Positions 1 to 6,171 of a stretch of 6,171 bases of DNA are shown piece after piece. A program made the position numbers and the translations under genes. The stretch's first letter is position 1. Each line of letters starts with the position of its first letter. The notes under the pieces are model-generated. The model was not told where the DNA came from and made no database searches. It saw only the letters and a list, made by a program, of their open reading frames with translations. Source of the DNA: Octopus sinensis (lineage: Eukaryota); contig NW_021829415.1 of assembly GCF_006345805.1 (NCBI RefSeq), forward strand, positions 1-6,171, in the 5' to 3' direction.

Positions 1-95
1 GTGTGACACCTTGTTAAGTGCCTTCTACTATAGCCTCGGGCCGACCATAGTCTCGTGAGCGGAGTTGGTAGACGGAAACTGAAGGAAGCCCGTCG

Positions 96-127
<32 letters not shown>
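1..127 (+). mobile_element. Partial tRNA-derived SINE, family A copy 1 (5' end cut by window edge, stops at its internal (TA)n tract)
   Basis: 1-100 aligns by eye at roughly 70% with ~945-1026 (e.g. actatagcctcgggccgaccatagtctcgtgagcggagttggtagacggaaactgaa vs actatagtcttgggccaaccaaagacttgtgagtggatttggtaggcaaaaactgaa); both copies run into a TA microsatellite at the same point. Family identity (octopus SINE) is from recollection, unverified. Confidence 0.75.
96..127. repeat. (TA)n microsatellite
   Basis: tatatataatatatatatatatatatatatat, directly visible. Confidence 0.95.
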
Positions 128-130
<3 letters not shown>

Positions 131-541
131 GGTGTGTCACGCTTATTCGTTCATTCCACGGTTCGTTCTTTCGTTCCCCCTCTCTCACATTTCTTTGCCT
201 TCTCTTCTTGCTCACTTTCCCTCCACTTTTCACTTCACTGTGTCCCTGTCATTTTTCTCGCCCCTCCTTAATTCTTCTGTCCCTCTGCTTCTTCTTCTCT
301 CTCTTCTCTTCCCACGTGACCGGCGTTCGGCAAAGTCTGTTCTTTCTTTCATGGTGTGACCGTTGTCCGTGCAACATCGAAATTCGTCCCTGTATTTGTG
401 AAACCTTCTATTCCTGCCGTAAGGCTTCATTTCCACACATGCCAGCTTAATTTAATTCGTCCTTAGTCGAAAGACACCTGTTGTTATGTCCTGTTTTTAT
501 TGTATTTGTGTAACATTGTCCGTTTTTCCCCCGTTCTTTTC
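131..541. repeat. Strongly pyrimidine-biased (+ strand) block; probable unclassified interspersed repeat, possibly a Penelope-like or LINE UTR remnant
   Basis: C/T-rich + strand (ttcttctctctcttctcttccc etc.) with an abrupt start after the (TA)n tract and an end at (AGA)n. The composition bias is seen directly; the class assignment is weak inference. Confidence 0.4.
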
Positions 542-568
542 AGAAGAAGAAGAAGAAGAAGAAGAAGA
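542..568. repeat. (AGA)9 trinucleotide microsatellite
   Basis: agaagaagaagaagaagaagaagaaga, directly visible. Confidence 0.95.
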
Positions 569-910
569 GCTGGGATAGATTAGAGATATAAGCTGAGATA
601 TCTGTGAGTGACTCGGAGAAGAATAGGACGTATGGTTTGTGCGTCAGTAAATGGTGATATGGGGCTGGATTGAGGTTGAATCCGAATCTAACGATGCTAG
701 AAAAGTAGCGGTAAAATTAACCTATCTACATTTTGACATTTTGAAGTTGAGTAGAGGATGAATATCCATCGAGAGATCACGGTAATCCCTTGCCGAGGGC
801 TTTGTTGGTCTCGTGGCAACGGAGTGAGCACCGCTAAAGGTACTCATGGGAGAGAGAGAGATTAACAGATTAATTTGGGCGGTGTAAAGTGTCCCGACCT
901 AAAAAAAAAG

Positions 911-1261
911 CAACAAACAAATATGGTTCAGGGTTCAATCTCATTGTATGGCACGTTGGGCAAGTGTGTTACTATAGTCTTGGGCCAACCAAAGACTTGT
1001 GAGTGGATTTGGTAGGCAAAAACTGAAAAAACCCCGCCTTATATATATGTGTGTGGGTGTGCGTGTATGTGTTTGAGTGTGTATCTATATGCGTCTGTAT
1101 CACGACTTGACAAACAGTGTTGGTGTGTTTACCTCCCCGTAACCTGGCGGTCCGGCAAAACGGCACAGACAAAGTAAGTACTGGTCTTTTCCGACTAAAA
1201 CCCTTTCAGGGCGTTACTCCGGCATGGCTGCAGTCACATGACTGCAACAAGTAAAAGAAAA
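911..1261 (+). mobile_element. tRNA-derived SINE, family A copy 2 (degenerate head, internal TA/TG tract, hairpin plus A-rich tail)
   Basis: B-box-like ggttcaatctc at 932-942; ttgggcaagtg motif after the head; homology to copy 1; internal microsatellite ~1020-1100; terminal 8-bp inverted repeat tgcagtca-ca-tgactgca (1229-1246) followed by acaagtaaaagaaaa. A box not recognisable. Confidence 0.75.
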
Positions 1262-1378
1262 CACGCACACACCACACACACGCACACAGAGGCACACACA
1301 ACAACAACAACGCGCACAAGCAAAACAAATGAATGAATAAATAAATAAATGAATAAATAAACAAATAAATAAAATAAT
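1261..1378. repeat. Compound (CA)n/(CAA)n/(AATA,AATG)n microsatellite
   Basis: acacgcacacaccacacacacg..., acaacaacaacaa, aaatgaatgaataaataaataaatgaataaataaac. Confidence 0.9.
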
Positions 1379-1556
1379 CACGTGGTCAGTCCCGATCAAA
1401 CTGGATTCGAGGCTTGTTTCAACTCGGTCTTAATTCCTGTTCTGTCATGCCACGGGGTCGTGGGTCTGAAATATCGACAGATTAAAATGAATGTCATTTA
1501 TTTTCAATAAAAAGAAAATCATTTCTGCGTTGTTGATGGTTTCTTCCACTAACTCT

Positions 1557-1592
1557 CACACGAGCACACACACACACACACACCACACACAC

Positions 1593-1628
<36 letters not shown>

Positions 1629-1653
1629 CTATGGGTGTGTGTGCGTCTGTGTG

Positions 1654-1699
<46 letters not shown>

Positions 1700-1723
1700 C
1701 ACACATATAACATACATATATAT

Positions 1724-1798
<75 letters not shown>

Positions 1799-1985
1799 TA
1801 TCAGCGTACGTGTGTATAAACATGTGTATATCTGGTCAGTGAGTGTATGTTGTGCATGTATGTTTGTAAATATATATACAACGTATATATATATATGTAT
1901 GTATGTATGTATGTATATGTGTGTGTTTGTGTGTGTGCTTGTGTGTGTGTGTGTAAACATAAATACATACACACACACATACGTG
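1557..1985. repeat. Large compound (CA)n/(TA)n/(TG)n/(TATG)n microsatellite
   Basis: About 430 bp of mostly alternating purine-pyrimidine repeats; explains all overlapping IY/HT/VC-rich ORFs. Confidence 0.95.
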
Positions 1986-2074
1986 TGAGTCTGCAACTGA
2001 GAGGTGTTATATGTGTGCGTAAGAGAGAGGGGTGTGTATAAAAGACAGTGGTGTATATTTGAAGTAGATAACAT

Positions 2075-2146
2075 GAGATAGAAAGAGAGAGAGAGAGAGT
2101 GAAAGAAAGTGAGAGAGGGGAAGAGAGAGAGAGAGAGGGGGGGAGG
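2075..2146. repeat. (GA)n polypurine tract
   Basis: gagatagaaagagagagagagagagtgaaagaaagtgagagaggggaagagagagagagagagggggggagg. Confidence 0.9.
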
Positions 2147-2190
2147 TGGATGTCAGAAGAACGATCAAGACGAAAAGTCTAAAAACGGAC

Positions 2191-2296
2191 TATGTATGTA
2201 TGTATGCGTGCGTGGGTGTGTTTATGTATGTATGTATGTATGTATGTATGTGTGTATGTATGTATGTAAGTATGCGTGTCTGTCCATGCATGTATG
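2191..2296. repeat. (TATG)n tetranucleotide microsatellite, interrupted
   Basis: tatgtatgtatgtatg...tatgtatgtatgtatgtatgtatg, directly visible. Confidence 0.92.
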
Positions 2297-2415
2297 AATC
2301 GCTAGATTTTCGAAAAGCGTTCGTTATTCTTGGAGCCTGACTTGAAGGTTAATCTATCCAATAGGTCAACACTCGTAGAACGTAAGGTGAACTTTAACAA
2401 CATCGTTTTCATTAC

Positions 2416-2443
2416 CAACAACAACAACAACGACAATAACAAT
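2416..2443. repeat. Degenerate (AAC)n tract
   Basis: caacaacaacaacaacgacaataacaat. Confidence 0.85.
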
Positions 2444-2448
2444 AGCAA

Positions 2449-2582
2449 GTCCGCTAGGAAACTGCTACACGATCGCTCGACCTGACTGAAACAACAGAGA
2501 AATATTGGAAATAACTCGCCTAAAAGTCTTTTTAAATACGACATTTTCGTTAATTTAGATTTTATAGTGCCCCATAAGTATA
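2449..2582 (+). mobile_element. Left part of an old, decayed interspersed repeat interrupted by the mariner
   Basis: aactgctacacgatcgctcgacctg... resembles my recollection of an abundant (AAC)n-tailed octopus retroposon 3' end, whose continuation is seen at 3683-3780. Not verified by search. Confidence 0.4.
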
Positions 2583-2614
2583 CCAGGTGGTATCAAAAGG
2601 TTCCCGGACTAGTT
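2583..2614. repeat. Mariner terminal inverted repeat (3' end of element)
   Basis: ccaggtggtatcaaaaggttcccggactagtt; two mismatches versus the reverse complement of 3649-3680. Confidence 0.95.
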
Positions 2615-2643
2615 ATGTTTAATTTAATAAATAAATTATTTAC

Positions 2644-3475
2644 CTAAGTTTTAACACCATCTTCTTCGAAATAATTGCCTTGCGCAGCAATACACCCGTC
2701 TCGGTGTGTCTGCTACTTTTGGAATATGGCATAGAAGTCGTTTGCCGTAAGCGAATCGCTCTGGATCCCGACTGCGGTATTAGCCGTTCAAGAATTTGGA
2801 CCTGGAGATCTCCATTTCCAGCGGCTTCAAGGGCCACCTCCCATTGGTGTCGGGCGTCAACGATGAGCCCTCGACTGCAACAAGACGACTAAAGTTTTTT
2901 CTTCCAAGGTCTGGGGTCTCCCGCCAAGACCATCACCTAATCATCCTTACTCGTCTTGTTGCTTAACAACAACAACAACAACAGGCGACCTTTGAGCTGC
3001 ATTTTCATCTTGGGGAGGAGATGTAAGTCCACAGATGCTAAATTTGGTGAATAGGGTGGATATGGAAGCGATAGCATGTTGCTTTTTGGTGAGAAACTCA
3101 CGAAGGGAGAGATTGGTGACAAGGTGCATTGTCGTCGTGATGAATCTAATTCTTTGTGCTCCACAGATCTGGTCGCTTTCGCCAAATGTCCTCCCTAAAA
3201 CGCTTCAAAACGTCGCAACAGAACTCTCAATTGACGGTCTGGCCTTGGAGAACGAATTCTTGACGCACAATACCTCATTTCCGGGCGTGACGCTCGCCGC
3301 AGATCTTTCAGATCGCTCATCGTCCCAGGGACGTTATTCCGCTTTTGAAGCGCCCGTGCCACTCGAAACATTCCGTACAACCCATTGACTCATCACCATA
3401 AGCTTTTCGAAGCATGTCCAATGTCTCTGTAGCAGACTCCTCAAGTTTAACGCAAAATTTCTCGTTGGCTCTTTG
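2644..3475 (-). pseudogene. Mariner transposase pseudogene (frameshifts, stops, large internal deletion, nested insertion)
   Basis: Manual translation across frames: QRANEKFCVKLEESATETLDMLRKAYGDESMGCTECFEWHGRFKSG (first HTH); frameshift to DDERSERS..VTPGN; jump to GIVRQEFVLQGQTVN*EFCCDVLKRFREDIWRKRPDLWSTKN*IHHDDNAPCH; LPYPPYSPNLASVD..PKMKMQLKGR; C-terminus LTANDFYAIFQK*QTHRDGCIAAQGNYFEEDGVKT* (stop 2644-2646). Catalytic D codons at 3131-3133 and 3027-3029 are separated by 101 nt, versus 102 expected for D34D. The original ATG is not recognisable. Confidence 0.93.
2787..2983 (+). mobile_element. ~200-bp 5'-truncated non-LTR retroposon 3' end (RTE-like LINE or dependent SINE) inserted in the mariner
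   Basis: Interrupts the transposase exactly after ...LKGR, with mariner coding resuming (NTAVGIQS..LTAND) on the other side; ends in (AAC)6A at 2965-2983; orientation opposite to the transposase. Short reading frame ending ..SHWCRASTMSPRLQQDD* (stop 2890-2892) only weakly recalls LINE ORF2 C-termini. Left boundary uncertain by about 4 nt. Confidence 0.75.
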
Positions 3476-3648
3476 TTTTTGTCCTTGACAAAATTGTAGA
3501 CTGCAGCATACACGTGACCACAAAAACACAAATTTCACAACTTACAAAATAAACATAGCAATGTCACTTGGCACACGGCCTCATGAAGGTCACTGCTAGC
3601 TCTTACTACGCACATAACCATGTGCTGCCATCTGTTGGTACGTTACTG

Positions 3649-3680
3649 AACTAGTCCGGGAACTTTTTGATACCACCTCG
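3649..3680. repeat. Mariner terminal inverted repeat (5' end of element)
   Basis: aactagtccgggaactttttgataccacctcg; reverse complement cgaggtggtatcaaaaagttcccggactagtt. Confidence 0.95.
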
Positions 3681-3682
3681 TA

Positions 3683-3780
3683 ATCTGAATATAAGTCGAG
3701 ATGGTGGGGCCTGGAGTGCGTTTGGCAATAGATCTGCTCAAACAGGAATGAGCCTGAAGCTGATTAACACCAATACCAGC
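3683..3780 (+). mobile_element. Right part of the old repeat interrupted by the mariner, with decayed (AAC)-like tail
   Basis: gagatggtggggcctggagtgcgtttggcaatagatctgctc...gctgatt followed by aacaccaataccagc (decayed AAC-type triplets); continuity with 2449-2582 is from recalled consensus, unverified. Confidence 0.4.
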
Positions 3781-4139
3781 ATAAGTGATAGCTATCGAAG
3801 CAAGCCAATTTTTTGTAAAATGATATGTGTAAACACAGCTTTTATAAACCATTGTTCCATTTCTAAGAAAACACATGATATACGAATTGAAATTCTGAGA
3901 GAAGAAATACTCCATATTCTTCACCTTAAGTTGTTGTAGATAGAATTTACTTCCCCTTCCAGGACACAGTACAAGTGACTTATAATAATAGAAAACTATT
4001 ACAAAATAACAACAGCTAGTCGAGATAATTTTTTTGAAGCAAAGTAAAAATCATTAGCATAATGCAACAATATGAAACAAGGAAAACGATGGCATTTTTC
4101 ATGTCATCCTTCTTGTGAAGACCTGGGAGTTGTTTATTC

Positions 4140-4283
4140 ACACACTGCGCCACGTTGGCTATCTTCCTGATAAACGTGTCAAGGCTACTCGTGATTGTGG
4201 AATGATCAGCCACTTACACGTCAATTCAGGAGCAGGTAATTCAGTTGATGATACAATTGAATCCGCGTCGTCAAACGACGGAG
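4140..4283 (+). mobile_element. Old, decayed 3' fragment of SINE family B
   Basis: tgtggaatgatcagccacttacacgtcaattcaggagcagg...cgcgtcgtcaaacgacggag aligns by eye at roughly 65-70% with the tail of the copy at ~4480-4628 (tgtggagcactcagccacttgcacgttaatttcccgagcagg...cgcgtcgtcgcaagcgacggag). Upstream boundary is fuzzy. Confidence 0.75.
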
Positions 4284-4313
4284 ATCCGCCATAGGTATAT
4301 CTAGAGGTGTGAA

Positions 4314-4632
4314 GGCGCATGGCTTAGTGGCTAGGGTATTTGGCTCCCGATCGAAAGGCTGTGAGTCCAATTCCCGGCGACGCGTTGTGTTCTTGAGCAA
4401 GATGCTTTACTTCATCTTGCTCCAATCCACTCAGCTGGCAAAAATGAGTTGTACCTGTAATTCAAAGGGTCAGCCTTGTCACATTCCATGTCACGCTGAG
4501 TCTCCCTAAGAACTACGTCAACAGTGCGCGTGTCTGTGGAGCACTCAGCCACTTGCACGTTAATTTCCCGAGCAGGCTTGATCCGTTGATCGGATCAACT
4601 GGAACTCGCGTCGTCGCAAGCGACGGAGTACC
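4314..4632 (+). mobile_element. Near full-length tRNA-derived SINE, family B
   Basis: tRNA-like head ggcgcatggcttagtggctagggt...gagtccaattcccgg with A and B boxes; then ttgtgttcttgagcaagatgctttact...ccactcagctg (CORE-like central motif); hairpin-rich 3' tail; second partial copy 30 bp upstream. Confidence 0.85.
4320..4374 (+). promoter_or_regulatory. Pol III internal promoter of SINE B (A box and B box)
   Basis: A box TGGCTTAGTGG (4320-4330) matches TGGCNNAGTGG; B box GTCCAATTCC (4365-4374) is one mismatch from GTTCRANNCC, so activity may be reduced. Confidence 0.75.
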
Positions 4633-4791
4633 TGTGTCACTGCCAATTATATCTAAAGCTAAGATACCATCTACAAAATAAATAATAGTTAAAGCGAAGG
4701 AAGAATGTTTAGCGCCTAAAATATAAAAAAAAGCTGACACAGGAAGGATCATAAATGTATAATGAGTAAAAATAATACTAGTTAACAAACA

Positions 4792-4792
4792 A

Positions 4793-4837
<45 letters not shown>

Positions 4838-4973
4838 CATTATTATCATTATTATTATTATTATCATCATCATTATTATTACTATTATTATTACTATTAG
4901 TTATTATTATTATTATTATTATATTCTTATTATTATGGTTGTTATTATTATTATCATCAATCATTATCATTCA

Positions 4974-5009
<36 letters not shown>

Positions 5010-5124
5010 TATATTATTAGTGATTATCATCATCATCATTATTTATATTCTATTATTATTACTATCATCATTATTATCCTTATTATATTATTATTATTAT
5101 TATTTTGCTATTCTATTATGATTA

Positions 5125-5163
<39 letters not shown>
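4792..5163. repeat. Long degenerate (ATT)n/(ATC)n trinucleotide microsatellite
   Basis: About 370 bp of attattatt with atc/act/gtt variants; explains the poly-I/L/Y/N ORFs. Confidence 0.96.
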
Positions 5164-5166
<3 letters not shown>

Positions 5167-5792
5167 TTCTCTTATAAGTATGGAAAGCAAATTTCGACAT
5201 GTTTTAATTATGTTAGGTTTCCTGAACACAAGATCAGGATCACTGTAATCTTGCGAAGTTTTAAAGAGAAAAAAAAATTGCTAAGTAACCACAAAAGTAT
5301 TGAATAGAATAGTATAGAAAAAAAGAAGAAAAAAGAATTGTTTTAAAACACTTCTACGCCATCTGCATGCTAAAACCATCGTCAAGTAGATAAAATATTC
5401 TGCAAGCATAGAACATAGAAGATTTGAAGTAGAATAATAAAGTATTACTGAAACGTTATCTAGGTGATGTTAAAAATTTTCGACACCAACAATCGCCATT
5501 TTCTTATTTATTTTCCGCAAAATATCAAACAAATGGGCTTGAATGGAGTTAAGTCTATTTGTCATATGATATATTTATTTTATTGTCATCTAACGATGAT
5601 GATAGAGTAAATATCAGCAATTCATAGAGCCAACCCATTCCTCCACTTCACATTAGTACATTCCCTTTAGAGTGTGAAGATATGTTTGGCTTCAGGTGGA
5701 AAAATCCATAGGACAAATTCTCCATTACGCTTTATGTTAGTATTTCTAACTTGATCATCAATATGGCTTCTACCAGTAGAAAGATCCAGTAC

Positions 5793-6171
<379 letters not shown>

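Larger units (their letters stand above)
2583..3680 (-). mobile_element. Non-autonomous mariner (Tc1/mariner, D34D-type) DNA transposon, internally deleted, carrying a nested insertion
   Basis: TIRs 2583-2614 and 3649-3680 (30/32 identical); TA on both flanks (2581-2582, 3681-3682); transposase remnants on the minus strand; 5' subterminal ccaacagatggcagc motif (reverse complement of gctgccatctgttgg, 3624-3638). TIR start CGAGGTGGTATCAAAAAGTT resembles Hsmar2/MADE2-type (irritans-like) ends. Confidence 0.95.

Noticed and set aside
55-450. 131-aa and 75-aa hydrophobic F/L/S-rich ORFs resembling membrane proteins, plus an antisense R/E-rich ORF
   Set aside because: Composition follows from the pyrimidine-rich strand bias; the long ORF starts at GTG inside a SINE and crosses a (TA)n tract.
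1491-2340. Many overlapping ORFs rich in IY/HT/VC/MYVC, up to 172 aa
   Set aside because: Translations of dinucleotide and tetranucleotide repeats that happen to lack stops; no protein signal.
3035-3388. 117-aa + strand ORF
   Set aside because: Antisense shadow of the transposase pseudogene and spans the deletion junction.
2644-3538. Active or domesticated (SETMAR-like) transposase
   Set aside because: At least three in-frame stops, several frameshifts, loss of the first catalytic Asp, YSPDL changed to YSPNL, a nested insertion and no SET domain.
3643-3939. Overlapping 93-aa (-) and 90-aa (+) ORFs
   Set aside because: Both cross the mariner TIR and an old repeat into AT-rich DNA, use non-ATG starts or lack motifs, and show no recognisable family.
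3946-4020. Splice-acceptor-like ttacttccccttccAG followed by DTVQVTYNNRKLLQNNNS*
   Set aside because: No convincing donor or coding signal; such AG sites are common by chance.
4314-4385. tRNA gene
   Set aside because: A and B boxes are present but I could not fold a full cloverleaf, and the sequence continues into a SINE body with a second partial copy nearby.
4296-4656. tatatcta repeated before and after SINE B as a possible TSD
   Set aside because: Neither copy abuts the SINE ends (about 10 and 16 bp away) and the motif is low complexity.
4782-5177. Poly-N, poly-I, poly-L and poly-Y ORFs
   Set aside because: Translations of the (ATT)n tract.

Overview
Eukaryotic, gene-free, repeat-dominated window. 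It is most likely cephalopod (Octopus-like) intergenic or intronic DNA; this is inferred from the dense (TA)n/(ATT)n/(TATC)n/(TATG)n tracts and from SINEs resembling my recollection of octopus families, not from a database search. No intact protein-coding gene is supported. The best-supported element is a dead mariner (Tc1/mariner, D34D-type) DNA transposon at 2583-3680 on the minus strand. It has 32-bp TIRs (30/32 identical), TA target duplications, a transposase pseudogene with a large internal deletion, and a ~200-bp (AAC)n-tailed retroposon fragment inserted inside it. The mariner itself probably split an older repeat. The window also holds two copies each of two tRNA-derived SINE families and many microsatellites. 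I do not see a convincing novel biological system. The points worth following up are the nested insertion history, a long nested stem-loop at the 3' end of the retroposon insert, hairpins in the SINE tails, and a cryptic 60-nt exon-like unit.
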